Of a stretch of DNA of 64,000 nt, positions 19,613-29,422 are shown piece by piece; the stretch's first letter is position 1, and each line of letters starts with the position of its first letter. Made by a program: the position numbers and the translations under genes. The notes beneath the pieces were generated by a model. The model was not told where the DNA came from. It did no database searches and saw only the letters and a program-made list of their open reading frames with translations. The stretch is taken from assembly GCA_963662285.2 (NCBI GenBank), contig CAXXMV010000008.1, forward strand, positions 288,001 through 352,000. The letters run 5' to 3'. Source of the stretch: a bacterium (GTDB lineage Bacteria > Hinthialibacterota > Hinthialibacteria > Hinthialibacterales > Hinthialibacteraceae).

Positions 19613-19629
19613 TTGGCATTTATTTTGCA
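19613..19629 (+). promoter_or_regulatory. Sigma-54 promoter (-24/-12) upstream of the hsp20 genes
   Basis: TTGGCAT-TTATT-TTGCA; GG at 19615-16 and GC at 19627-28 give the canonical spacing. Confidence 0.7.
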
Positions 19630-19685
19630 AATATTTATTAACACAAAAAGTTATTCATTAACGATTATCGAAAGGAGCAACAATC

Positions 19686-20147
19686 ATGTATAATCGGTGG
19701 AATACGTTGGGAAATTTGGATCAATTACGAAACGAGATAGATCAAATTTTTCACTCATTCAGCAGCCCTGTATTGAATCAAAAAAAATTGGCATTTCTTC
19801 CTGGATACAGCGCAAGAAATTATCCGCTGATGAATTTGAGCGAGAATAATGATCACTTTTTTGTGGAAGCGCTAGCTCCCGGCATTGATCCAGAAAAACT
19901 TAATATTTCGATTACCGGCAATGTACTTACATTGTCCGGAGAAAAAATGCGAATCACGGAAGATATCAAGCCTGAATCATTTCATCGAAGCGAACGCGCA
20001 TCCGGGAAATTTGTCAGGACAATCGAATTGCCCTCAAACGTCAAACAAGACAACATAGACGCCCAATACAAAAATGGAGTGTTGTATATCACTCTTCCAA
20101 AAGTGGAAGAAGCAAAAACCAAACTAATTCAAGTAAGAGTTAACTAA
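19686..20147 (+). CDS. Hsp20/alpha-crystallin small heat-shock protein
   Basis: APGIDPE, LTLSGEK, RSERASGKFVRTIELP, AQYKNGVLYITLPK. Confidence 0.95.
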   Translation: MYNRWNTLGNLDQLRNEIDQIFHSFSSPVLNQKKLAFLPGYSARNYPLMNLSENNDHFFVEALAPGIDPEKLNISITGNVLTLSGEKMRITEDIKPESFHRSERASGKFVRTIELPSNVKQDNIDAQYKNGVLYITLPKVEEAKTKLIQVRVN

Positions 20148-20170
20148 GAAACACGAAACTTTTTTTGAAC

Positions 20171-20284
20171 TAGAGCGATTTTCAAAAGTATATTCGTTTT
20201 CAATTACGTATCTACTTCGAAAAAGCCTGTCTTTTTGGGCTTTTTCGAATCGCCCATCAGAACTTTATTATGAAAAGCACTCTA
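20171..20284. mobile_element. 114-bp MITE-like element with TAGAG terminal inverted repeats and an internal hairpin
   Basis: TAGAGCGATTTTCA...TGAAAAGCACTCTA; internal TTCGAAAAAGCC...GGCTTTTTCGAA at 20216-20249. Confidence 0.5.
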
Positions 20285-20292
20285 AAGGAGTA

Positions 20293-20694
20293 ATGATCAT
20301 GGTTGAAAAAACTATACCTTCAGTCCAAGAATCCAAAGAGATGACTGCTCAGGATAAAACCCGTTCCGATAATTTTTATTACTATCCACCTGTAGATATC
20401 TTTGAGCATAATAACGAACTGGTTGTGATTGCTGATGTACCTGGAGTAGACAAAGAAAACACTAACATCAAAGTGGAAGACAACATCCTGACCGTTGACG
20501 CCAAGACCTGTGATGCTTCAGAAGGTGAATCAATCTGCCGCGAGTTCGCCTGGGGAAATTTTCATCGGCAATTTGAATTATCGGACAAGATAGACGAGAA
20601 CAAAATTTCTGCGGAATTAAAAAACGGCGTTTTAACTATTCATCTACCCATAGTTGAAAAAGCCACAAAATTAATCAACGTTAAAACGGTATAA
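20293..20694 (+). CDS. Hsp20 small heat-shock protein
   Basis: PPVDIFE, ADVPGVDK, FHRQFEL, AELKNGVLTIHLP. Confidence 0.95.
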   Translation: MIMVEKTIPSVQESKEMTAQDKTRSDNFYYYPPVDIFEHNNELVVIADVPGVDKENTNIKVEDNILTVDAKTCDASEGESICREFAWGNFHRQFELSDKIDENKISAELKNGVLTIHLPIVEKATKLINVKTV

Positions 20695-20709
20695 AGGAGG
20701 AAACGGTTC

Positions 20710-21246
20710 ATGAATCTCACTAAACTCATTCCATGGAATTGGTTAAAAACGGAAGAAGAGCAAAATGGGATTTCTGCGCCAATTCAAAGAAGAGATTTTC
20801 AAACAAATCCCATTATGCAATTTCACCAAGGCATCGACCGGATGTTTGATCAGTTTTTCCAGTCTTATGGTTTTCCATCACTGCTTAATGATTCAGCTTT
20901 ATTGTCAAAAGACAACATGATCAAACCCAACGTTGACATTACCGACACTGACAAGAATTATTCTATTTCGGTCGAAATACCCGGCGTCGATAAGGATAGC
21001 ATTCAAATATCTCTTAATGATGGCAATCTGACGATCCGTGGCGAGAAGAAACAGGAGAAAGAAGAAAAAGACAGGAATTATCATCGAATCGAGAGGTCGT
21101 ATGGTTCATTTCAGCGGGTGCTATCACTGCCGCCAGATGCGGATAGCGACAAAATTGACGCTTCATTCAAAAACGGCGTCTTGATTGTCACTCTCCCCAA
21201 GATTCCCGGCGCAAAATCATCCGTCAAAACCATACCGATACATTAA
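20710..21246 (+). CDS. Hsp20 small heat-shock protein
   Basis: LIPWNW N-terminus, PNVDI, EIPGVDK, RIERSYGSFQRVLSLP, ASFKNGVL. Confidence 0.95.
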   Translation: MNLTKLIPWNWLKTEEEQNGISAPIQRRDFQTNPIMQFHQGIDRMFDQFFQSYGFPSLLNDSALLSKDNMIKPNVDITDTDKNYSISVEIPGVDKDSIQISLNDGNLTIRGEKKQEKEEKDRNYHRIERSYGSFQRVLSLPPDADSDKIDASFKNGVLIVTLPKIPGAKSSVKTIPIH

Positions 21247-21267
21247 GAATTGATTGATGTATTCTTT

Positions 21268-21313
21268 ACCAAGGTGATTGGATTATAGATCCAGTCACCT
21301 TGGTTTTTATTTT
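21268..21313 (+). terminator. Intrinsic terminator of the hsp20 operon
   Basis: ACCAAGGTGATTGGA-loop-TCCAGTCACCTTGGT followed by a T-rich run. Confidence 0.85.
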
Positions 21314-21361
21314 ATAAAGTTATTACGAGAAGAACTCTAAAACAAAAATAACAATCCTTCT

Positions 21362-24300
21362 TTAATAGACATCCCAATCAACAACGGCAGTGGTTGAATC
21401 AAAGTTATCCGAGAAGACTACTTTATTTCCCACAATCACCTGGAAATTATCAAACTGCGCGGTCAAACCTTGCAATCCAGTTCCAGTTAATCCAGGGAAA
21501 CCGGGAGATAACTGATTATGTTCATCATCATCCCAGACCATGGTTGTCGGTATCTCATTAGAACCTCTGCCAAATATTGTTCCTTCAAGGCGCGAGCCTT
21601 CAACTGTCAGGATCATGGTATACCACTCACCGACTTTCCACGAATAATCTGTGTTATTACCCCATTTACGTAAATCGTTGAGCATATCAACGCTGCCAGT
21701 ATCATTATGGACTAACATATTGAGCGCCCGGTTGCGGTCATCAGGATTAACCCTAACGGCGACGCCTGCTCTGGCCTGATCTCCATCCACCCAATCAACC
21801 ATTTTAACATCCGCTCTAACGGTATAATCTCCGGTTCCTAAATCCAGATCAACCCAGGCATGTTTGGGATCAGTTCCATCTTCGGCTAAACAATTCAACA
21901 CGCCATCGATTATCATCCAATTGCCGCCAGTTCCGGTTACCCATTGCCCGCCCAGGCTTTGCATATTATCCGGCATATATTTGATGGTTGAATCAGTGAT
22001 ATCATACGCCAACTGGTCTACCGTCATCGAACCAGTCAACACTGCCGACATCGGGGGATTAGAATCCGGGGCGGTCAGGTCGTAACTCAACTCTGCATTG
22101 CCGGACGCATTTGATAAAGTCCAGCTAATTTGGTTATTGATGAATATGACTTCACCTTCTGAAATCTGAATATTGGAGGGAGTAAATCCACTGGGAATCT
22201 GTTCCTGCACAACAGCGTCAATAGTTTTCCCACCAAAAATTTCCAGAGATAACTTTACGCCATTGATAGTTGATCCAGCATGATAATCTTTGATTGGTAA
22301 TGAACGCGTTATAATAAAATCTGTAGGTAATTGAGTACGTAAAAACTCATGCCGTTTTTCCATGAAATACCTCATGGTATCATACGACTCCGTAATTTGA
22401 TTTCTGCGGTTATTGTTGGTTTCGCCGGAATATTGTTCTGCTAATACTAAATCTTCCAATAACAACTGCTCGGTATCATCAATAATTCCACCCATACGCT
22501 CTATCGAGAAAAGACCGTTTAACGCATTGGCAATCCGAACGATAAACTCCTGATGCAGTTCGGGAACCATGTGGAAGGGGCGCCCGACGGGAGCGTCAAG
22601 ATGCCTGCCTGTAAGTTCATTGGGACCAGGCGCCACTAAAGTTAGAGAAAAATCAATCGGCATTTTATAATACATGGGATCAGAATCGGTATAGCCAAAG
22701 GTCTTATCCACATCCCAGGGAATGATTTCCCATTTGTCATTTTCTGGATTGTGATAGAGGAAAATATTGTTCTTAAAGCCATCCCAATGGCTCAATAAAA
22801 AGGTCGCCACTTCATAGCCCATGACCTCTTCAACATTCAGATATTTCCGCACGCTCTCTTCCAGGTTTGTGGTATTAGAGGTTTTTACATATTGGAACAA
22901 TTCACGGTAATCCTCATCACCTTCATCCAGGTTATTCTTTTTGCTGTAACCGCCCGGTTCGTTGTATGCGATTTTATAAATATTACCTTCTGTATCTCTC
23001 TCATTGATTTCAATAAAATTGCTGTTGGGCTGCTGGACGGCGATGCGCTGGGAATGTTCGCCATTTTCAATCACCCGATACCAATCGCAACGCGGCGTCA
23101 ACACGCCGAAATCCCTGAAAAGATCATAAGAAATCTGCTCAACATGGGGAGACTGTCCACCCGCAGTAGTGCCTTCACGCGGAGATTCAAGGCTTAGATT
23201 GATAGTTCTATCCCCCCGGAATTCTTCGCCTTTAAGAAATTTGATTTTATGTCCATTGCGGGCTTGGTTTATTAACGACCCATCATAGACCTGCACCGGA
23301 TCATCTCCCACAGGCTTGATAACGGTACATGAAAATGACTTTGATCTACTGGGTAAATGAGTCACCTTATTTTGGAATAGCCACATTACAGGCAGTTTGG
23401 ATGGAATATCATTGTCATAGACAAAATATGATTCATAAGGACGCCGTTCATTGACATGAGGCAGGCGTAATGATGACCCGTCAAATAATTCCAAGGCCAG
23501 GTTATAACGCACCAGGGTTTGATTTGACTGAGCGGGAATGATTGCTTCAAAGGTGGCGCCGCCAACTGACTGAGCGACCAGACTCATGAATGCAGTATTA
23601 TCGCCGCTCAATTTGGCTGATGAATATATAGTAGGGGCTATAACAAAATCAGTGCTGTTGCTTCTAGAAGTATTGAAGCCGACGAATGCGATTACATTAT
23701 CGCCGCTGTGCAGCAAATCCACCGCATCGCCCAGTTCAAAGGATTCGGCTTCGCTCGATTCATGCAAACCGTTGGAGAGAGATTGATAATCATATTCTTC
23801 AAAAGCATAAGAACGCGCTACTTCAACGCCATTGATATAACAGATAAAGCCATCATCGTAAAAAATATTTAACGACAAAAAGCCAAGTTCAGCCGGATCG
23901 TCCAGAGTAATTTTCTTACGGATATAGAAGGTTGTATAATTATTCCGCATATCGGAAAGTTCGGTATTGACCTGTTCGGTGTCGCCATAGCCGAAACCGC
24001 CTTTCGATTGCTTCCAGGCGGAATCATCAAAATCCAGTGCAGTCCACTCCAGGGGAGCCGATGGTTCAGCAGTTCCCTTCCAGGTTTTCCATACATCATC
24101 ACTATTAATAAAACCACGGGGAGATTGCGCAATTCCGGTTTCCCATTGCAAAATTGCTGAAGATATCAAGTCATCAGAATCCACCCCGATCCTGACGATC
24201 ACATCATCACCAGAAGTAGGATAATCGGGTGTTATATCTATGGCCCTAATCATAGGCCGTGGAATAGTTCCATCTACAGAATTGCGTTTCCCCGGCGTTC

Positions 24301-24811
24301 CATGATCGTTATCAGAAGCCCGCCAAGTGTGAAAATCATCCGAAGGAATATCCCAGGCGACGCGCTCCAAAGACGGGCCATAACCATCCGCCCCTCGCGG
24401 CCAGGGGAAATCATCATTATACTTAAATTCATCCACTATTGTTCCATCGGGGCGTTGCAACTCAATTTTTTCCCCGCCGTTGGATAACTTTCCTTCATAA
24501 GGCCCGTAAACCGGATATGAAACATTACTCCAAATTGCATTGTTGCGAACACGGGCCAGAACCAGGTATGAATCAGTTTCCAGCGTAGTTCCATCAGGGA
24601 AGGTATAGATAATTCCCGACGTAAAAGAATATCCCGATAGATCGATGCTATCCGGTCCGGGATTGTAGAGTTCGATAAACTCGCGCAGCGAACCACCCTC
24701 TTCTTCTATATCGATGGGATCATAATTCAATTCATTGATTACAACCTCGCCAAAACTGCTCAATTGCGTTAAAACAAGTATTATTAATAAGTTAAATAAA
24801 ACGTTTTTCAT
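21362..24811 (-). CDS. Secreted multidomain protein: lamin-tail domain, beta-sandwich, CotH-like kinase, C-terminal lectin-like domain
   Basis: Signal peptide; VVINELNY...EFIELYN (lamin-tail); FDDSAW...DDGFICYINGVEV; WDGFKNNIFLY...IPWDVDKTFG (CotH). Confidence 0.8.
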   Translation of the reverse strand: MKNVLFNLLIILVLTQLSSFGEVVINELNYDPIDIEEEGGSLREFIELYNPGPDSIDLSGYSFTSGIIYTFPDGTTLETDSYLVLARVRNNAIWSNVSYPVYGPYEGKLSNGGEKIELQRPDGTIVDEFKYNDDFPWPRGADGYGPSLERVAWDIPSDDFHTWRASDNDHGTPGKRNSVDGTIPRPMIRAIDITPDYPTSGDDVIVRIGVDSDDLISSAILQWETGIAQSPRGFINSDDVWKTWKGTAEPSAPLEWTALDFDDSAWKQSKGGFGYGDTEQVNTELSDMRNNYTTFYIRKKITLDDPAELGFLSLNIFYDDGFICYINGVEVARSYAFEEYDYQSLSNGLHESSEAESFELGDAVDLLHSGDNVIAFVGFNTSRSNSTDFVIAPTIYSSAKLSGDNTAFMSLVAQSVGGATFEAIIPAQSNQTLVRYNLALELFDGSSLRLPHVNERRPYESYFVYDNDIPSKLPVMWLFQNKVTHLPSRSKSFSCTVIKPVGDDPVQVYDGSLINQARNGHKIKFLKGEEFRGDRTINLSLESPREGTTAGGQSPHVEQISYDLFRDFGVLTPRCDWYRVIENGEHSQRIAVQQPNSNFIEINERDTEGNIYKIAYNEPGGYSKKNNLDEGDEDYRELFQYVKTSNTTNLEESVRKYLNVEEVMGYEVATFLLSHWDGFKNNIFLYHNPENDKWEIIPWDVDKTFGYTDSDPMYYKMPIDFSLTLVAPGPNELTGRHLDAPVGRPFHMVPELHQEFIVRIANALNGLFSIERMGGIIDDTEQLLLEDLVLAEQYSGETNNNRRNQITESYDTMRYFMEKRHEFLRTQLPTDFIITRSLPIKDYHAGSTINGVKLSLEIFGGKTIDAVVQEQIPSGFTPSNIQISEGEVIFINNQISWTLSNASGNAELSYDLTAPDSNPPMSAVLTGSMTVDQLAYDITDSTIKYMPDNMQSLGGQWVTGTGGNWMIIDGVLNCLAEDGTDPKHAWVDLDLGTGDYTVRADVKMVDWVDGDQARAGVAVRVNPDDRNRALNMLVHNDTGSVDMLNDLRKWGNNTDYSWKVGEWYTMILTVEGSRLEGTIFGRGSNEIPTTMVWDDDEHNQLSPGFPGLTGTGLQGLTAQFDNFQVIVGNKVVFSDNFDSTTAVVDWDVY

Positions 24812-24967
24812 GGATTAATCCTATAGCAATTTTTTTTCAAGAATTTATATATGTATTATTTAGTACTACATATAAAGTGTAATGATTTTTGATTCATTCG
24901 TCACAGAAAAATATGAAATTATGCAGAATAAACTCGATAGGAAAATGAGCGGGATTCATAATGTTTT

Positions 24968-26146
24968 CTATTTCAATGTAATTCTATTATATATACCTTC
25001 TAATGCTTCGCCAAGCAGAGCAAGTTTATGATGTTTCAAGACATACGCCCGTCCATTCTCTCCCAGTTTTTTTCTTAATTCAAGCGAGGCGTTCAACTGC
25101 TTGACGCAATCGGCGAATTCCTTTGGCGATTCAGCGAAAAGAACCTCAACTCCATCCGTCACATCCAGACCTTCCGCCCCAAGCCGGGTAGTAACAATCG
25201 GCATCCCGGCCGCCATAGCTTCCAGCAGTTTGTTGCGTACTCCAGCGGCGACGCGTAACGGACAGATATAGATATCGTCTTGAAATAGAAACTCCTCCAT
25301 ACGCGGCACATCCTCAAATATCTGGATGCCGTATTTTTGATGCATTCTACTGATCTCTCTGGTTGGCCGGGTTCCAATAATATGGCTTTCCAACTCATGA
25401 TCATCCTGTCTCAACAATGGAAGAATTTCTTCTTTATAAAATATCATGCTGTCAACATTAGCAAAATAAAACAGCGTCCCCGTCAGCACGCAACGGCTGC
25501 GGTGAATCTCTCCATGATTTTTAGGTGTAAAGCGTTCGGCATCAACCGCATTTTCAATAACATCGAAATTGTATGCGGGATGATGCTTTTGAAATTCGCG
25601 GGCGTCAATTGAAGAACATACCAGGGAAGCGTCAACTCTTTTAAGAAGCCATTGCTCAAATTTCGGTATGGTTCTGAGTTCCCAGGCATCGACCAAACGT
25701 CCTGTTATCTTGCGTCGGTAAGCGTGTGAGCGTTCTAGATACAACATCAAAGAATCGGTGAAATCAAGCACTATGGGCGCCGAAATCATCGGAGCGTATT
25801 GCCCCATGCGCATGCGGTCGATATGAACTATGTCGTATTCGTTATGTTCCAGAACTCGCCCCAAAATCATTCTGAAATCTGGAGACTTGCACCACGAAAC
25901 GCGAAATGGTCTGCCGCCTGGAATCCCCAAGGCGCAGTTAATCATTGAGCGGCTGGCCTGATATTCCACCACAATTGTATGCACGCCTAACTCTTGAATA
26001 TGACGAATATCCTCCGGCGTTTGCGGCGGCAATTTCATGGCCAGCAGATGCACTTCATGCCGCCCGGCCAAATAGGTTAGAAAATTATATGGTCGTTTCC
26101 CATCGGACTGAGTTGGTATGCATGGCGTAATAAACAGTATCTTCAT
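24968..26146 (-). CDS. GT4 family glycosyltransferase
   Basis: MKILFITP, ENAVD, PLRVAAGVRNKLLEAMAAGMPIVTT. Confidence 0.9.
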   Translation of the reverse strand: MKILFITPCIPTQSDGKRPYNFLTYLAGRHEVHLLAMKLPPQTPEDIRHIQELGVHTIVVEYQASRSMINCALGIPGGRPFRVSWCKSPDFRMILGRVLEHNEYDIVHIDRMRMGQYAPMISAPIVLDFTDSLMLYLERSHAYRRKITGRLVDAWELRTIPKFEQWLLKRVDASLVCSSIDAREFQKHHPAYNFDVIENAVDAERFTPKNHGEIHRSRCVLTGTLFYFANVDSMIFYKEEILPLLRQDDHELESHIIGTRPTREISRMHQKYGIQIFEDVPRMEEFLFQDDIYICPLRVAAGVRNKLLEAMAAGMPIVTTRLGAEGLDVTDGVEVLFAESPKEFADCVKQLNASLELRKKLGENGRAYVLKHHKLALLGEALEGIYNRITLK

Positions 26147-26255
26147 AGTAAAATTTTTATCGGGTAATGCTCTAAATTTGAATATCTAATTCATTCTTAT
26201 CGTCAATTATTAACGATTCAAGCGCTCTAAACCACACTCTATAGGATGCAGAATA

Positions 26256-26576
26256 ATGAATATCTCAAAAAAACTCTCAAGATTCAATTTCATTCCCCAG
26301 GAATTTTGGACTAATGTAAATTGGACGACATTGGGGATACTATACACAGCAAATATTCCCGTTTACCTGGCTTTAGGCTGGTTCTTCTTCCGTACCTGGG
26401 ATAATTTTACCGAATGCCTTGGTTATCTAATTAAACCAGACATCTGGTCGTGGATGAATGGCGAAATGGTCGATGATTTCTGGGCAACCATGAAAATCTA
26501 CCTATGGTTGGCGCTATGCCTCGGAGCAGCTCCGGCTGAATATTATGTGATTACTAATTTCATGGTATTTACTTGA
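26256..26576 (+). CDS. Small membrane protein (2 TM), hypothetical
   Basis: Two hydrophobic Trp-rich segments; AGGA RBS; fills the intergenic gap. Confidence 0.6.
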   Translation: MNISKKLSRFNFIPQEFWTNVNWTTLGILYTANIPVYLALGWFFFRTWDNFTECLGYLIKPDIWSWMNGEMVDDFWATMKIYLWLALCLGAAPAEYYVITNFMVFT

Positions 26577-26591
26577 TTATTGATTTAGCGT

Positions 26592-26653
26592 GGGCGCCAA
26601 GGGCAAGACCGCATTGCGGTCAGCCCTTGATCAAGCCATCTATTATAAGATAA
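26592..26653. repeat. Palindromic intergenic repeat (CAAGGGC...GCCCTTGAT family)
   Basis: CAAGGGC-AA-GACCGCA-T-TGCGGTC-A-GCCCTTG; related copies at 34677, 34802, 46934 and 51410. Confidence 0.7.
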
Positions 26654-26720
26654 GTTTATAACGTTTTTAAAACTCTAATGTCTGATATTCAACGTAGATA
26701 TTATTATGTAATTGAAATAA

Positions 26721-28163
26721 TCACATCTCCCCATCCATAATCTCTTCGATGGTTGGTTTGCGATAGGTTGATTTAAATAGTGTATATCCATTCTGCATGG
26801 CGCGCAAAAATTCTCTCGGTGATTTAATATCCAGAACCTTACGCATCAAGTATGATGGCCGCAGATGAAAATCTCGAATAGCCTTACTGCGCAACTCGAT
26901 TAAGCGCTGACCTGATATTGTACCAATCTCCAATTGGGGAAACGGCGTAGAGTTATCGACTGTATCAACCTCTGGATCAACCCATCCCTTTTCAATCGCT
27001 TCAGCCCGCAGGTCGGTTCCCATACGAGGCGCCGCCACATTGAATGAAACGAAATCTGGTTCAAGTTCCTGCGAGTATTGAATAGTCTGCAAAGCCGTCG
27101 CTTCGGTCTCGCCGGGAAGCCCCAGGATAAAATGGGCCAGGGTGCGGATTTTCAAGCGTTTGCACAATGCAAATATTTCCTTGACCCGTTCTGGATTTAT
27201 TTTTTTCTCAATCGAATCGAGAATGCCCTGATCGGCCGACTCCACTCCGAATTGGATAGTATGGCATCCGGCGCGAGCCATAAGAGTCAGCAATTCTTCA
27301 TCCATGACATCCACGCGGGATAGGGTAATCCAATCGAAATTCAGTTTTTCATCAATCAAACGATTCAGAAATTCTGTGGTATGTCGGCGGTTGACGCCAA
27401 AGGTCAGGTCTTTGATCCATAATTCCCGGATGCCGATTTTCCGGACATAGCGCAGTTCCTGCATGGCGTTATCGATATCGCGCAATTTATGCCGCCACTT
27501 GCCATTAAAACAGAACGAACATTTATAGGGGCAGCCGAAATCAGTCAAGAATGAAGCAAACAATCTTCTCCGGCCATGCGGAATACGGTATTTCGATAGT
27601 GGCAGCAGATCGTAGCGGGGTATTGGAAATGAATAATAACGGTTCACTGAATCCACCCCGCGAACCAGTTCATCGTCTTTGCGGTATATTAAATTAGAAA
27701 CCTCGCCTTCCAATTCAGGCTTGGCTGCTTCACGATTCCAGGATGCAAAAAAAGTCTCTACACAATCTGAAGTAAAATTCAATAACACGCCGGAAAGCCA
27801 GGGATGCGCTTCCATCAATTCCCTGCTCTTGCTGACCAGGACGTCACCAGTTCCGATAACCGGGATATGTTTGGGAATATCCAGACTATCCAGAAATACG
27901 AAATCCTGTTGCCAGCTGACCCCGCCGGTAAGAAAGAATAGGGCATCGGGATCACGCCGCAGGATTTCATATTTGGCCTTTTTGAAACTCATGCCCAGCA
28001 AGTTGGCGTCTAAGAAATCCACCTCGAATTTTCTTGACAGAATGCCGCTCTGCACCACTAGATCATAGGGATGCCAATAGTAATAGCCCTTGGCGGTGTG
28101 GCTGCAATAATAGTCACGCAGATAAGGTTTATCGCCAGGTGGATTGAGCAGCAGGATACGCAT
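26721..28163 (-). CDS. B12-binding-domain radical SAM protein
   Basis: MRILLLNPP, CPYKCSFC, FGVESADQ, HFILGLPGET. Confidence 0.88.
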   Translation of the reverse strand: MRILLLNPPGDKPYLRDYYCSHTAKGYYYWHPYDLVVQSGILSRKFEVDFLDANLLGMSFKKAKYEILRRDPDALFFLTGGVSWQQDFVFLDSLDIPKHIPVIGTGDVLVSKSRELMEAHPWLSGVLLNFTSDCVETFFASWNREAAKPELEGEVSNLIYRKDDELVRGVDSVNRYYSFPIPRYDLLPLSKYRIPHGRRRLFASFLTDFGCPYKCSFCFNGKWRHKLRDIDNAMQELRYVRKIGIRELWIKDLTFGVNRRHTTEFLNRLIDEKLNFDWITLSRVDVMDEELLTLMARAGCHTIQFGVESADQGILDSIEKKINPERVKEIFALCKRLKIRTLAHFILGLPGETEATALQTIQYSQELEPDFVSFNVAAPRMGTDLRAEAIEKGWVDPEVDTVDNSTPFPQLEIGTISGQRLIELRSKAIRDFHLRPSYLMRKVLDIKSPREFLRAMQNGYTLFKSTYRKPTIEEIMDGEM

Positions 28164-28164
28164 G

Positions 28165-29397
28165 TTAATTAACCACCCATTTCAATATCCGGGCGGCATG
28201 TCCCAGACTTTCGGGATTCTTTTTCTGCGTCATTTTAACTTTTAGAACATGCTTTCCCGGTTGCAGATTCTCAGCGAGAACATGACATACAGGTCGGTGA
28301 AATTTGGCGCAATAATTATCGAATAAATCAAGTTCCTTAGATTTTTGATTATCAATGGAATATTCAATAACTCCCGCATCCATCCCGGCTATAGCTGAGA
28401 TTCCAATCAATGTTCCGGTAAACTCAATTTGTAATTCATCGTCGGGGTGCTCAGCTGTTAATACATCAACCGGACCGCTGTAGTTGCAGGTTTTTTCCGC
28501 TTTCCACCCTTCAACATTCCGCCATCCATGCAGGATTTTTGCTTGGCTGGATTCAATGAAACGCCCATGCTCATAATTCAACTTGTCCAATGGCTGCGGT
28601 AATGGATAATTCTTGAGCGAAGCGTTTTGGCTTATTGGTTCAGCCCATACATTCTTCAAAAAGGCATCAATACACACGGCGTATACTTGATGGCCGAATG
28701 GAGTAGGATGACAACTATCTCTGGAGAAATCATCCCAGGTAAACTCTTTTTGATTTATTCGGCGAGTCATCTCCTGAGCTAAATTGATTATGGGAATATT
28801 GTAATGCTGCGCGACTTTTTCATGCTCAATGATCGAAGCAGGAACTTCGCCCTGGTTGATCTGCTTGACATAATCCTGAGTGACGAAATACTGCATCACA
28901 ATATCAATCCGGGGATTCAATCGCCTGGCATGGCGAATAATGCCTTCCATAGCCCGGATGCGCCGGTTGCCTGGATTATTGCTTCCGCCGTCATTAACCG
29001 CAAATTCCAAAAAGAGCAGATCGACCGCCCCGTTCTTGAAGACATCATCTTCAAAACGAAATGCGCCCAGAGTCGAATTAGTGCCGCCGATGCCCGCATT
29101 GATAAAATCAAATTTTGTATCAGGAAAAGTTTTGGTCAGCATATCATAGGTATGATCCCGCCAGCCTTTCATGGTGGTGATAGAGCCTCCTAAATAGACA
29201 ACCCGGCCCTGCTTCTGATTAATAAACTTGATCCGGCAATTATCCAGTCTGCCCCGCGTCTCAAAAAAGTTATCATCAACCGGTTGGGCGATTTGATCCT
29301 TAGACGCTTCAGCGCCGCCGATTGCGCAGCACAATGTCATGAAGAACAGAATAGCGATTGTTTTGAGTGTAATATGTTTAATAGAAAAGATTCTCAT
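28165..29397 (-). CDS. Secreted SGNH/GDSL hydrolase
   Basis: YLGGSIT, NAGIGGT, EFAVND, DSCHP; signal peptide; start position uncertain. Confidence 0.85.
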   Translation of the reverse strand: MRIFSIKHITLKTIAILFFMTLCCAIGGAEASKDQIAQPVDDNFFETRGRLDNCRIKFINQKQGRVVYLGGSITTMKGWRDHTYDMLTKTFPDTKFDFINAGIGGTNSTLGAFRFEDDVFKNGAVDLLFLEFAVNDGGSNNPGNRRIRAMEGIIRHARRLNPRIDIVMQYFVTQDYVKQINQGEVPASIIEHEKVAQHYNIPIINLAQEMTRRINQKEFTWDDFSRDSCHPTPFGHQVYAVCIDAFLKNVWAEPISQNASLKNYPLPQPLDKLNYEHGRFIESSQAKILHGWRNVEGWKAEKTCNYSGPVDVLTAEHPDDELQIEFTGTLIGISAIAGMDAGVIEYSIDNQKSKELDLFDNYCAKFHRPVCHVLAENLQPGKHVLKVKMTQKKNPESLGHAARILKWVVN

Positions 29398-29422
29398 GAT
29401 AAAGCATCCTTCAGAATTCAAG

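Noticed and set aside
20270-20290. Possible CIRCE half-site (AGCACTC) near hsp20
   Set aside because: No GAGTGCTAA partner at 9-nt spacing; better explained by the TAGAG repeat
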